This document shows positions 26,949-37,531 of a stretch of DNA of 64,000 nt, piece by piece. Under the pieces are notes generated by a model. The model made no database searches and was not told the DNA's origin. It saw only the letters and a list, made by a program, of their open reading frames with translations. Position 1 is the first letter of the stretch; every line of letters starts with the position of its first letter. The stretch is from positions 28,559 to 92,558 of IMG/VR virus record IMGVR_UViG_3300029288_003134; one strand, 5' to 3'. This DNA comes from a virus (taxonomy: Duplodnaviria; Caudoviricetes). A program made the position numbers and the translations under genes.

Positions 26949-27494
26949 TTATCCTTTGAGGGCGTAAAACCCGGAGGGGCCCTTCTTTAGGTGAAGTCTT
27001 ACGCCTTTTTTGGCCGCTATTCCTCTGTTCAGGGCTTTCAACTCCGGGTTATTCAAGTAACTCCAGATTTTCTGTTTTTGCTCTTCAATCGGCAGACCTT
27101 CAAGTTTTGAGTGTAATTCTTGAGGAACAAAAGCACAATTTTCTAAGGTATAGTTTTTGTCGGAATCAAACCTATGCAAATTGGGTCTCTTCATCCTAGC
27201 TGCTTGGTAAGAATCCCAAAGTTGTTTAATAGTTGTTTTATCTAACTCACACTTAATACCTTTACGTTGATAAGCGGTCTTTTCTCGTTTACACCGCTCC
27301 TTAGCTTTTGACAGAGAGACTAGCCAGGGTTTTAATTTTTTGTATTTTTCGAGATATGCTCTTTGTTTGTCTGGATTTTTCTTTTGCCACTCTCGGACTG
27401 TTTGACTAACCTTAGCTTTATGCCTATAATAATATCGTAATTGTTTTGCAATTAGTCTCAGACGATATTTTTGATATTTGGCAGTAGAGTTCAT
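26949..27494 (-). CDS. HNH-like endonuclease
   Basis: Basic N-terminus; LHRFDSDKNYTLENCAFV resembles DRIDxxxGYxxxNC. Confidence 0.55.
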   Translation of the reverse strand: MNSTAKYQKYRLRLIAKQLRYYYRHKAKVSQTVREWQKKNPDKQRAYLEKYKKLKPWLVSLSKAKERCKREKTAYQRKGIKCELDKTTIKQLWDSYQAARMKRPNLHRFDSDKNYTLENCAFVPQELHSKLEGLPIEEQKQKIWSYLNNPELKALNRGIAAKKGVRLHLKKGPSGFYALKG

Positions 27495-27852
27495 AGCGAT
27501 CTGTTAAAAGAGTGAAAAGAATAACGTATAAAGAAAATAAGAATCCTCCGGGGAAAGGCCGTCCGACTTCGTTTTATTTACAGGTTCAGACGGTCTTTCG
27601 GGCGGCGTACTGGGTGGTACATACAGGTACGGGCCTGTCTCTTCAGCTTCGGCGTCAAACATTAGGCTGTCCTTTCAATGTATTCAATTTCAGCTATATT
27701 GATATACATAACGCTTTTGGGTTTGCTCAAACCAGTCCAAGCTAACCGGATAATCTCATTTGCATTCCTTGTTACGGTCAATTCCGTGCAGACAATAGTC
27801 TGTTTTTGACCAGATTTAAAATAGATATTAAAGCGACATTCATCAGACATTT

Positions 27853-28323
27853 TTATTCCTCCGTATTTCGTATTGGGTAATCCAAATTTGTTACTCGCAC
27901 AAAACGGCCCTCTTTACCGCATGCTCCATGATACCTTAGATGAAGATGTTTTAAAGGTCTGTGAAACCGTGCGGTATAACCACACTTTTTACAACGGTAC
28001 TGATACTTTCCCGGAATGTTACCCTTAGTCCCATAGATCGTACCATCACAGCCAATTAAACGAGCGATACCCCACCAAACTTTATCATGCCGATGCTCGG
28101 GGCCCGCTAAGCAGTGAGCAATTTCGTGCAAGACTGTATCATTCACCTGTTCGTATGTGCCAATAGCTGTGAGCGGCTTGGAGAGTTGTAAAAGTTTACA
28201 GCTATAATAGACTGTGCCGTAAGATGTCTTTGCCCGCGACCATTCAAAACGCCAGCCCTGTTCAATCAGGCCAAACTCATTCAGTGAAGTAATCGCTAAG
28301 TATTGCGCTTCTCCCAAGTCCAT
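27853..28323 (-). CDS. SprT-like zinc metalloprotease
   Basis: TVLHEIAH…HDKVW…YQYRCKKC. Confidence 0.85.
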   Translation of the reverse strand: MDLGEAQYLAITSLNEFGLIEQGWRFEWSRAKTSYGTVYYSCKLLQLSKPLTAIGTYEQVNDTVLHEIAHCLAGPEHRHDKVWWGIARLIGCDGTIYGTKGNIPGKYQYRCKKCGYTARFHRPLKHLHLRYHGACGKEGRFVRVTNLDYPIRNTEE

Positions 28324-28706
28324 GATCTTCCTCCAAGAATTCAATACTTTCAGGCAGTCCACAAGTCCAGGCATTTGCCGCAATCGAATAGTTGAAATAA
28401 TGCCGAGGGCCCATGCAGGTTACTTGGTCGATGACACATTCCCATTCAAGCAGAGTAAAATCAGAATAGACCAGTCTCATGCTTCGAGTTGTTTCAATAC
28501 AGTCTTCAGATTTGAAATAAAAGTTTTTCTGCTAAGATTGAATAATAGAACACTGGCGCACATATCCAGAATCATTTGGACGTACCTATGAAAGTCCTTC
28601 TCTGATAGAGGGGTTCTGGCTACGCAAGACTTTTTAGCTGTTTCTACGCAGCAATCTTCTCCGTGAGAACTTCCACAAATTTCACAATAAAGGGTTCGTT
28701 TAACCA

Positions 28707-29003
28707 TCAGTCTTCCTTTCGTGCTTCCTGGTACTCTTTTAAAAAGGTTTTAAAATCTTCGAGCTGTTTAAAAAATTTACAATAATCGTAATAGGTATCA
28801 AGCTGGGATTGTGTAATTTTTTCCCAGGCATCAAAATAAGGCATACAACCGGAGATAGCGATATAGCCTTTATCACAGAGAAGTTCATCCTTGGATAGAC
28901 CATGCTCTTCACAGTAATCTTCGTGACAATAATCTGCGATAGAAATAAAGCGTCCTCTAGGGGTGATAAAACCGCTCTCTGTAAACTTACGTTTATTTTT
29001 CAT
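28707..29003 (-). CDS. Hypothetical phage protein
   Basis: GFITPRGRF…H…GYI…ITQSQ pattern. Confidence 0.5.
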   Translation of the reverse strand: MKNKRKFTESGFITPRGRFISIADYCHEDYCEEHGLSKDELLCDKGYIAISGCMPYFDAWEKITQSQLDTYYDYCKFFKQLEDFKTFLKEYQEARKED

Positions 29004-29010
29004 AGAATTA

Positions 29011-29097
29011 TGGTGGGCCGGGGTGGACTCGAACCACCGAAGGACTAAAGTCCGGCAGCTTTACAGGCTGCTGCGATAGCCGCTCTGCCACCGACCC
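29011..29097 (-). tRNA. tRNA-Tyr (GTA)
   Basis: GGGTCGG acceptor, GCAGC-CTGTAAA-GCTGC anticodon arm, long variable arm, GGTTCGAGTCC, encoded ACCA. Confidence 0.95.
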
Positions 29098-29273
29098 GGA
29101 GGTTTATTTTTGCTCTGCCATTAAACGATCATACGCCTTTTGCTGATAAATCTCGTTACCATTGGGCTCTTTTTTATGAAACAAATTGTAAATCACCACA
29201 AGAATGCTCGCAATCTTTACTGCAAAAACGCCACCAATAAAAATTACTCCGATGCCTAGAATAAGATTCATAA

Positions 29274-29654
29274 TCACAGGTCTACCTCCGAAGCTTTTGG
29301 ATTTGGCCTAAAATAAAGATTAAACGGTTTTCCTGATTTTCTAGTCAGCGTAAGTGTGTGCTCGGTTCCCACAGATTCTCCGTCCCAAAAGATTAACACA
29401 AAATCCGCATGGGCCACGATCTGATTGTTTCTGAGAACACCTGCGCTCTTACCGTACTGTTCCCAATCAGCCGGAAAAATCTGTGTTTTACACCCCTGTG
29501 CTTCTGCGATCTGCTGTGCCAAAGTATCCACGCCTCGCGCACCCCCCGAAACAACAGTAATATCGGGATAATCAACACAGATTTGTGTGACCACACTTTT
29601 GACAAATTCCATGTCAGCAAAATTACGACTACCCACTACGGCAACTTTATTCAT
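29274..29654 (-). CDS. SLOG family protein (DUF2493/YspA-like)
   Basis: VAVVGSRNF…VSGGARGVDTLA…AGVLRNNQIV…FWDGESVGT. Confidence 0.85.
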   Translation of the reverse strand: MNKVAVVGSRNFADMEFVKSVVTQICVDYPDITVVSGGARGVDTLAQQIAEAQGCKTQIFPADWEQYGKSAGVLRNNQIVAHADFVLIFWDGESVGTEHTLTLTRKSGKPFNLYFRPNPKASEVDL

Positions 29655-29924
29655 CGTTATTCTCCAGGTCTTGTGCATCTTCTTCGTTAAAGAGGTCTGT
29701 TTCAGTTGGCTGAACCCCGTTAATAATGTCCTCAGCTTCACGTAATGCTGCGTGCTTATAAAGATCAAAGATATAATTTTCTAAGGCGTCCATGGAATCA
29801 AACGAAACTGATTCACGGTCTTCCACGTAAAGAAGGTACTCTGTTACCAGCCCGGCTGTTACTGCACCCTTGGCCCGCTCATAAGTGACCCGGATGAGCC
29901 ACTCTTTATTCGGGTAGGTCTGAT

Positions 29925-30503
29925 TTAAAATTTTAAACAAATGTTCCATGACAAAAGGCTCTCCCAAATGATAATATTGGCAAAAACTCCGAGAAGTGTG
30001 TAAGCCCAAAGATCACTGTAACAAAGCTGGTATTCTTTACCCCGGAACTGAAAATCGAAGCTTCCCCAGGGTTGCCAGGAGATAAAAGCCCATGTAAGGG
30101 TAATTCCCAGGGAGCAAAGCCCGTAAACCACCCAAGAATCAAGCAAAATGGGCATCACAATGAGCGAAAGGGCCAATCCAAGCCCAACCGTACCACGGGT
30201 CAGAATATCAGCCCAAAGGTGGCTATTTCGGGTTATTTTGTACCAAAAGCGGCCTAAATCACTGCCCTCATCATCTCCGCCCGGAATCCCATAACCGAGA
30301 CTAAGTATACCACACATTCCCATAATTGTCAAGGCCCAAAATGCTTCGAGCCAATCACACTCGGGATGGAGCCTAACATACGCGAGAATCGTGAGCAGCC
30401 CCGGAATGCCGTAACGCCGCAAGGCTTTGCTGGAATTTTTAGACCCACCCGCTGCCCCTAAGAGACCGATGATCGCTGCAAATAAATTTTTTAAAACTTT
30501 CAT
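29925..30503 (-). CDS. Multi-pass membrane protein
   Basis: Several hydrophobic segments. Confidence 0.6.
   Translation of the reverse strand: MKVLKNLFAAIIGLLGAAGGSKNSSKALRRYGIPGLLTILAYVRLHPECDWLEAFWALTIMGMCGILSLGYGIPGGDDEGSDLGRFWYKITRNSHLWADILTRGTVGLGLALSLIVMPILLDSWVVYGLCSLGITLTWAFISWQPWGSFDFQFRGKEYQLCYSDLWAYTLLGVFANIIIWESLLSWNICLKF
30304..30332 (-). promoter_or_regulatory. sigma70-type promoter embedded in a CDS
   Basis: TTGACA-17 bp-TATACT with the TGGTATACTT context shared by other promoters in the window. Confidence 0.55.
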
Positions 30504-30504
30504 T

Positions 30505-30993
30505 TTAACTCTCCTCGCCACGGTGAAAGGTGGGTTGATTCTCTAGCCAATGGGCAGTATTGATAAAGATTTTTTTGAGCTCATCCGAATAGCCAAAGCG
30601 TTTCTGATTGATGTCTAAACTCTTGAAAAGGTCTCCGTCAGCCTGTCGGAGAGTCGCGGCCTGCCAATCGCAGATCATTTCAACGAGATCAATCAGGGTC
30701 ATTCCCTGGATACCGTTCTCAAAATATTCAGGATGGTGCGAATTATGCAGAAAATGGTGATCTGTTGCGGGTTTAATTTTGCTCAAAGTTTCGGCGTACT
30801 CGGGAGAGCCATAGGTAAGCCCCCGCAACTTGCACGTGTATTCAGCAAAAATTTCTATCTCTGGGCTCTGTAACTTCGACTGATCGTGACGCTCTCCACG
30901 GGTTAAGAGCTCTTTGATAACCGTATTTAAATAATTCCGAACTGTTTCCATGTGGCGGAGTGTTTTAAATACCGCGACTTCTTTCAAGTTCAT
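30505..30993 (-). CDS. DUF5662-like (HD-related) phage protein
   Basis: RHDQSKL…HHFLHNSHHPEY…MTLIDLVEMICDW. Confidence 0.75.
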   Translation of the reverse strand: MNLKEVAVFKTLRHMETVRNYLNTVIKELLTRGERHDQSKLQSPEIEIFAEYTCKLRGLTYGSPEYAETLSKIKPATDHHFLHNSHHPEYFENGIQGMTLIDLVEMICDWQAATLRQADGDLFKSLDINQKRFGYSDELKKIFINTAHWLENQPTFHRGEES

Positions 30994-31340
30994 ATAGCCT
31001 CCAAAATTACTTGGCCTTTACAGGCCTGAACTCAACAATGGTATCCTCAGGTGTGGTGCATGAATCCTTTGCCTCTTCCGGGCTTTTGAAGGCCCAGACC
31101 ATTCGGTATCTGTCTCCCGTCTTCGTGGTAAAGAAAGGATTTTTGTCTTTGTCACAAACTAAATAAATAGATTTCATTCGATCTCCTTAACCGTATCATC
31201 ATCACTGAGTGTAAAGATCACTTGTTCCTCATCACCGTACACCTCATAGCCAGCAAGAACCAGACTGGAGATAAGGTCTTTCCAGTTTTCGCGGGAGACT
31301 TCACCGAGGCCGGAATGCCTTGAGATTGTCACTTGATTTT

Positions 31341-31799
31341 TCATTTTGCACCGTTATCAACAATGGTTATTTGTGGACAATATTTTTTTAAGATTGGCTC
31401 AACATTTTCCCAGCAGAGCCGACCATTACCACAGCCAACTTTAGGGCAATAGACCGCTAGACCGTATGGATTATCTACCTGAGCCGTCAAGTAATCTCCA
31501 AGGGCCTTTGCGGATTCTTCAATAAGCCTGAGATCGGCATTATACTGCCAGTTGTGCTTTACTGGGAAGGTTATCACACTATATTGGGGCCAGACCTTCA
31601 GTGTGTTTCCGTCCGTCAAAAGATGCTGCGCGAGGAGCCTCGGGAAATCGGGATACCTTTTAGCCATCTGTTGCGCCAAGCCCCGGCCCATTACGGCCTG
31701 ACCAGCCCGAGTAACCGTGCCATTTGTGGGAATTACGACGTAGCCGCAAACCCGATAACCCCAGATGTCATCTTTAATGATTTCCATTAGGCGTTCCAA
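31341..31799 (-). CDS. Macro domain (ADP-ribose-binding/hydrolase) protein
   Basis: VIPTNG…AVMGRGLAQQ…FPVK…PKVGCGNGRL. Confidence 0.85.
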   Translation of the reverse strand: MERLMEIIKDDIWGYRVCGYVVIPTNGTVTRAGQAVMGRGLAQQMAKRYPDFPRLLAQHLLTDGNTLKVWPQYSVITFPVKHNWQYNADLRLIEESAKALGDYLTAQVDNPYGLAVYCPKVGCGNGRLCWENVEPILKKYCPQITIVDNGAK

Positions 31800-32123
31800 G
31801 TCTCTCCGCAGGCCTTACAAACGAAGACGAAATGATCTCCAGCGTCAACGATATAGACCATGCGCTTTTTACATTTCTTGCACTTTTTATCATGTTGATA
31901 TTGACCTTCTTCGGGCATTTTATTTCTCCTTCCTAAGTTTCCTCATGTGTTTCGATAACTGGTCGAACCAGCGGGATACCTCTTCTCTACCGTTCCTGCC
32001 CCAGTATGAGTTTACAAAGCCTTGATAAAGAAAGAACGTGAGAATATTGGCAAGAACCGTACTCAGAACTGAAACAATAAAGTGCATCATTTCTTTATTC
32101 TCCGCTGTCGGATTACCCGGCCA

Positions 32124-32798
32124 TCACCTAACGTCAGGTAAATGTACTTCCGCTTTATTACCCGCTTCCGAATTATCGTTAGGCACGAGCACATTCTGAG
32201 TCTCCGGTGGAATTGCTTTCTTTAATGCAAAAAATTCATCTGACAGGCTTTTATAGGATTTCTGTATTTCACGTAAAGAACTTTTTAAACAAATAGTTTC
32301 AGAAGAAAGCCTACGCCCGATTATTGGAAGAGCCTTTAAGCAGGGTTCCGAATGCAGCAACTTAGCTCTTCGGGTAGTGTAGACCGTATCCTCAGGCCGA
32401 GGTATCCAATAATTTGTAGCTTTCACATCTTGGAATTCAATTATACCATACTTTTCGTTTGTTGTCAAGACCCATTTTTTCGCCTCATCCAAGAGAGCTG
32501 TCGGAACACATATAAAAAAGTAATTTGGAATAATACACTTCGGATATTTTAGGCCCTTGAAAGACATCTCCAAAGTTCGATAAATTTGATGTTTGTCAGC
32601 CTTTGCTTTCTCGCCCTGCCATAGATCAGACTTTGATGTTTTAATTTCTATCTCAGTCAAAAGACCCGACTCACTGTACGCGCTAATATCAGAAATGCCC
32701 AGAGTAAAACCCACCTCATCGGCAGCGATCTGCTGTTTCTTATACCGATAATTGGAGAGTAGGGCTATCTTAATGAGTCCAGAGTTGACTTCAGACAT
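32124..32798 (-). CDS. PD-(D/E)XK nuclease, MmcB-like
   Basis: SDI…EIEIKTSKSDL…NYFFICVP. Confidence 0.65.
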   Translation of the reverse strand: MSEVNSGLIKIALLSNYRYKKQQIAADEVGFTLGISDISAYSESGLLTEIEIKTSKSDLWQGEKAKADKHQIYRTLEMSFKGLKYPKCIIPNYFFICVPTALLDEAKKWVLTTNEKYGIIEFQDVKATNYWIPRPEDTVYTTRRAKLLHSEPCLKALPIIGRRLSSETICLKSSLREIQKSYKSLSDEFFALKKAIPPETQNVLVPNDNSEAGNKAEVHLPDVR

Positions 32799-32799
32799 C

Positions 32800-33366
32800 T
32801 TAGCCTACGATCTTATAAGCCAAACTCGTTCCCGGAATAACTGTGGGAAAAATTTTCATGGCATCCAAGGTTTCTTTCACTTGAATTGTTGTGTAACTAG
32901 CGGGCTTTCCGTAATCATGCCATACAATTACACCCCTGGGGGCTAGTACCTGATAAGCCTTTTTGGTATCATTCTTTACCCATTCCGCCATGTGACAACC
33001 ATCCACGAGGATAAAATCAAATTTGGTCTTTAGTGTCTTAAAATCAAACTTGAGAGAATCGCCCGTTATGAACTGCAATTTACGAAAAGCTAAATAACCC
33101 GCAATAGCCGTATGATCGAGATGCTCAATATCCACACAGGTAATGTGGCAGTCTGCGGGGGCAACATTCGCCATATTGATTGCAGTACGGCCATGCTTTG
33201 TACCGATTTCAAGGATAGTCTTTGGCTGCTTCATTTTCACTAACCCACAGATAGCCGAAAGCTCCTCCAACTCCATACCGGAGGCCCGATTGATATTATC
33301 GAGCAATAATTCATTGTAAGGGATTTTCACATGCACCTCTTTTGTTAATTTCAAATAAGATTTCAT
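32800..33366 (-). CDS. Class I SAM methyltransferase (Methyltransf_24-like)
   Basis: ILEIGTKHG…GDS…FDFILVDGCH…IVWHDY. Confidence 0.85.
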   Translation of the reverse strand: MKSYLKLTKEVHVKIPYNELLLDNINRASGMELEELSAICGLVKMKQPKTILEIGTKHGRTAINMANVAPADCHITCVDIEHLDHTAIAGYLAFRKLQFITGDSLKFDFKTLKTKFDFILVDGCHMAEWVKNDTKKAYQVLAPRGVIVWHDYGKPASYTTIQVKETLDAMKIFPTVIPGTSLAYKIVG

Positions 33367-34065
33367 TAAATAGCCTTGCCCGTAAAGCTACACCTTGCGA
33401 AGCCCAAAAAGTTAGTGGGTCTGCAATAAAACGGCATTTACGATAAAGGATTTCCTCATATATAACTTCAAGGTAATAAAAACCACCCAAACATTTCTGC
33501 GGCTTTCTCCGAGTCAATTTCTGCCGAGAATTAAGATAAAGGAGCTCATCCCTTTGAATCTTTAGCTGAGTCTCTTTTACCATCGGCAAACCCCTTTAGG
33601 CGTTTTAAACAGCGTTCTCTAGCACGGGCTCGGGCGGCACCCTCATTATCAAAATAAGTTTGAACATCGACTGGAGCGTAGGTGGTGTATACACCGCGAT
33701 CTATTTGAACCCGCAAAAAATAGCCTATCTCTGAAATCTCGTCTAATTGCTCTGGCTTCAAAGATTTTTGGCCCTCACTATCAATGAACATGAAACCCTC
33801 TGAAACAATTTTAATCTCGTCCACGGTATGCCTCGCTTATTTTCTCAGTGCTTTTTGATAATCAGAACTTCCCGGCCTTACATCTATTTTACCATCCTTG
33901 GTCATATCCCAAGGGTCAGAGACTTCCCGCATAATCGGCATGACTTCTTTACCTTTTTGCAGGGCATCTTTACAGCGTTTTCTTAGGCGGCGATTATTCT
34001 TTCGTTTATCACCCTTCTCACTGCCTCGCGCCCAAATTGCGTGCTTTCTGCGTGATCGACTCATT

Positions 34066-34329
34066 TTAGATCAATTTCCAGGCAATCGCTCTGCGCCCAG
34101 TCGCGGGGTCAACTTTACGGAAGGCCTCAGCAATAACGCCCTTTTCCCTAAGTTCTTTAACTCTAGGTGTTACGGAGTTAATTGGCAAACCGGAAAAATG
34201 TGAAATTTCCAAGTTCGTCATAGGGAAGGGAAACTCACTCAGGACTCTACAAATCTGTTCCTGCCGTTTACCGATTTTGTTAGTCCGAATCATTTCCTCA
34301 TACGCCTCTTTAGAGGTGAGTTGAAACAT
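34066..34329 (-). CDS. Winged-helix DNA-binding protein
   Basis: MTNLEISHFSGLPINSVTPRVKELREKG. Confidence 0.75.
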   Translation of the reverse strand: MFQLTSKEAYEEMIRTNKIGKRQEQICRVLSEFPFPMTNLEISHFSGLPINSVTPRVKELREKGVIAEAFRKVDPATGRRAIAWKLI

Positions 34330-34346
34330 GTTTTATTTCTCCTTTC

Positions 34347-36542
34347 TTACTCGCCCATTGCACCAATAAATTGCCCGGCAGCTAAGAGGGTAGTTTCCCG
34401 CTCTGTGCATTCAGTCAACTGATTGGTGGTCATACTGAATTTATAGAAGAGTGAACCGTGTTCTGCGTCACCCGTTTGATTCTTTGATACGAATAACTCC
34501 ATGATTGGCTGAAACTTCCCGCTCTCATCTTGCCAGGCTAGGTTTGTTTGGTTCTTATTCTTGGCTACATGAAAGTTTGAAAAGATACCCGCAACGAAAC
34601 GGGCCGCATACCAAAGATCAATGGACTCTTTGATGTCTTTACCACTAGGCTTTGCATCGGCTGATTTAGGAACCTCTGCCGTAGCAATAATAGGACACCC
34701 AATCTCTTGAGGCAATCTCTTTAAAAAGGAGGCTACCCGCTGTGAATTCTGAACCGCCTCAAACTTGTGAGAAGCCACAATATCATGCAAGTTGTCTATG
34801 ACGATAATAAACTTCTTTCGCTTCTCTTCTGCCATAGCCGCATGAATCTTAACATAGTTTTCCATGTCCTGCAAGGTTCGTACTTCTGAGCCGTCCTTGA
34901 TAATAAAATTATCTTTGAGAGCTTCGAGCTTCTTTAAACCACCGAACCAGGCCTCTTTAATCTCCTGTGTAGGCTGCTTAATTTGCTTAGAGGTTAGGCC
35001 GGAAGCAATACTCATCAACCGGGGAAGGATGGCCCGCTTTGCCCCATCGTCCAAGGAGTAGAGCGCAACAAAGGTATCCTTGGCCTGAATCAAATGATAA
35101 AAGAAGTTTAATAGAAACGTCGTTTTCCCCATCTCAGGATACCCCACTAAAAGATAGAGCGTGTCTTCAAAACCGCCAAACTTCCGGTCAAACAAGGGAA
35201 AGCCTGTGGGAGTTCCAACGTAATTTTTATTCCAAGCGGACTCAGTGAAAGACTCAAGCAAATCCTCCAGCGCATCCTTTTCCTGGACGTACTGAATCAT
35301 ATTAAATGAGTCTTTTTTCTCACTAATGCCCTCAATAGCCCGAGTCAACTGTCGCTTACCAATGTTTAAAAACTTAGAACAGTCATTGATGTATTGCTCT
35401 TTACGGATAAGGTTGGGGCAGCCTGCGATAAATTCATAAATCTGCTCGGCCTTAATAACGCTCTTTTCATGGTTCTTCAACAGATAAGTAAGAGCACCCA
35501 TCTTCGGAAGTTTATTGAACTCCTGAAGAGTGTGGGTTTTCATGTATTCATCTGGGTCAGGCTTATTCTCCGAATCATGGGGGATAATGACCACCTCTAT
35601 CTCGGAGTCCAGGTTCTTCATCTTCAAGATAGCCTTCAAGAAACCATCTCGCGCAGTGCCTTGGAAGAGGTTGTCAGGGTCAAGAGCCATCCGAATCTTT
35701 TTTGGCTTAATCGTGGCGATCTTTTCCAAATCGGCATCGTGCAGGGTATTCGTCAAACAGCCCACGACATTCTTTTCGGGATAAAGGGCCATGGTATCGA
35801 AAGCCCCTTCAACCACAGTAATGCTCTCACTTCCACGGACATTATTGATATTAAAGAGATTCTTACCGCTCATGCTGATGTTCAAATACTCGCTGCCTTT
35901 TTGGGCACCATACTGACGAATGATTAACCCAATGTATTGCTGATCTTCGTCCAATACGGGTATGACCAGTGCATGATGAGTAAAAACCGCCAATAACCGA
36001 TAGTCAAAGAGCGTTTTGAAATCCTTCGCCACGTCTTCAGGAACATACTCCGGCTTCAAATATCCTATCTTCCAATGCAGGAGCTTATCCTTATTGATAT
36101 TCCGCTTCTTATAAAGCTCCACACCCTCTTTTGCGTGCTGAATAGAGAGACCATGCAGCTTTTCCAGAATATTCCGCTTTCTCCGGCGTTCCTGCTCCTG
36201 AACGGAAAATTCATATTCCTCCTCGTAGGGCACTTGGTACTTATCGGCCAAGACCTTGAGGACATCGTAGAACGCTGCGCCTGTGGTAGACTTCCCCGTT
36301 TTCAGCGCATAAATATCGAAGATGTCAAAAACCCTATCCTCAACAAAACAATAGATCAATTTATTTTGAGACTGTGGCAAAAAAGCTGCGGAGAGTTTCT
36401 CTTTATCCCCGTGCTCATGTGCCTCAGTATGCGGACACTGTACTTTGCTTCCCTCAACCCGTAAGCCCAGCTCCTTGAGATAATCTGGGAGCTTTGCTTT
36501 GATGAGGTCTTTTACTTTGTCAAAGTTTTTAATCCTACGCAT
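34347..36542 (-). CDS. DNA primase-helicase (Zn finger, TOPRIM, DnaB-like)
   Basis: VVEGAFD, ALDPD, KPDPDEY; Walker A GYPEMGKTT; IVIDNLH. Confidence 0.9.
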   Translation of the reverse strand: MRRIKNFDKVKDLIKAKLPDYLKELGLRVEGSKVQCPHTEAHEHGDKEKLSAAFLPQSQNKLIYCFVEDRVFDIFDIYALKTGKSTTGAAFYDVLKVLADKYQVPYEEEYEFSVQEQERRRKRNILEKLHGLSIQHAKEGVELYKKRNINKDKLLHWKIGYLKPEYVPEDVAKDFKTLFDYRLLAVFTHHALVIPVLDEDQQYIGLIIRQYGAQKGSEYLNISMSGKNLFNINNVRGSESITVVEGAFDTMALYPEKNVVGCLTNTLHDADLEKIATIKPKKIRMALDPDNLFQGTARDGFLKAILKMKNLDSEIEVVIIPHDSENKPDPDEYMKTHTLQEFNKLPKMGALTYLLKNHEKSVIKAEQIYEFIAGCPNLIRKEQYINDCSKFLNIGKRQLTRAIEGISEKKDSFNMIQYVQEKDALEDLLESFTESAWNKNYVGTPTGFPLFDRKFGGFEDTLYLLVGYPEMGKTTFLLNFFYHLIQAKDTFVALYSLDDGAKRAILPRLMSIASGLTSKQIKQPTQEIKEAWFGGLKKLEALKDNFIIKDGSEVRTLQDMENYVKIHAAMAEEKRKKFIIVIDNLHDIVASHKFEAVQNSQRVASFLKRLPQEIGCPIIATAEVPKSADAKPSGKDIKESIDLWYAARFVAGIFSNFHVAKNKNQTNLAWQDESGKFQPIMELFVSKNQTGDAEHGSLFYKFSMTTNQLTECTERETTLLAAGQFIGAMGE

Positions 36543-36547
36543 AAATA

Positions 36548-37117
36548 TTAACCCCTTCGTAATTTCTTACGTCTACTGCGATCAAAACGGCTTTCCGCTT
36601 CATCGGGAGATTCGAGCCTAACAGTTTCGCCAATATCGTCATCGTCCGAGTCATCCTCAAACTTACCATAAACCTCTTTTAAGACATCCTGTGTAGCATT
36701 ATCCTCTTGTGCCCGCTGCTCGGGATTTTCCTCACTAAAGAAAGCTTTTGCAAGACCACCCAAAGATGTGCCTGCGGGGGCTTCCGTAGTCGAAGGCCGT
36801 CTGCCGGGATTTCTCCGCTTTGCAGGCTTCTTCACAAAAGTCTCTTCAGCTGGGGCCGGGGGAGCAACAACCCTTGGTTTCTCCACTATGGCTGGTGGTG
36901 TAACCTCAACAACTCGGGGCTTTACCACCACGGGCTGTGGTTTAGGTCGCGGGGCCACCACAGGATATTGAAAAGCCTCTACCAATTTGATTTTGCACTT
37001 TAAAATTTTATGGCAGTGCTCACAATATTGGTATTCTATCGCAGCCTCCTGATTAAACCGAGGAGCTTTCAAGAAGGCCCGAGAGACTTTTTTATGTTTG
37101 CAACCAAATAAGCCCAT
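36548..37117 (-). CDS. Hypothetical protein with Zn-binding N-terminus and Pro-rich/acidic tail
   Basis: CKH…CEHC; low-complexity C-terminal half. Confidence 0.5.
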   Translation of the reverse strand: MGLFGCKHKKVSRAFLKAPRFNQEAAIEYQYCEHCHKILKCKIKLVEAFQYPVVAPRPKPQPVVVKPRVVEVTPPAIVEKPRVVAPPAPAEETFVKKPAKRRNPGRRPSTTEAPAGTSLGGLAKAFFSEENPEQRAQEDNATQDVLKEVYGKFEDDSDDDDIGETVRLESPDEAESRFDRSRRKKLRRG

Positions 37118-37126
37118 AATTACCCC

Positions 37127-37531
37127 TTAAACGAGAATGCTTGACCAACCATAGATTTCAACTGTGACCTTCGCCAGTTTCTCAACATGCAACAATTTAC
37201 TCAAACGCCCAGCAGCTTTCAAAGGATTCTTTGAATAATCCACAGGCTTGCTCTGCTCAGTTTTAGAAACAGCCAACTGAACCATTGGATTTAAAGCCTT
37301 CTTTAAGATGCGCTGAAGTACGTCCTTATCCATGAACTGAATGTCCTCGGCGGCTAAGGGAATAACAATACCGTATCCCGTAGCTTTATCCACGAGGGGC
37401 CAGTGCTTTGCCTTTGATCTGTGCTCATAGGGCTCAAAGTAGCAATAAGTTCTGCCATGATACTGAGAGTCCGAGGCCACCAGATTGATGAAGGCTTCTT
37501 TACACGTATCGTTAATTTCGTATGGGAGCAT
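37127..37531 (-). CDS. Hypothetical protein
   Basis: 134-aa ORF coupled to its neighbour. Confidence 0.5.
   Translation of the reverse strand: MLPYEINDTCKEAFINLVASDSQYHGRTYCYFEPYEHRSKAKHWPLVDKATGYGIVIPLAAEDIQFMDKDVLQRILKKALNPMVQLAVSKTEQSKPVDYSKNPLKAAGRLSKLLHVEKLAKVTVEIYGWSSILV

Noticed and set aside
29011-29097. tRNA-Tyr as a prophage attachment site
   Set aside because: Phage-like genes continue on both sides, and no integrase or duplicated tRNA 3' end is seen in the window
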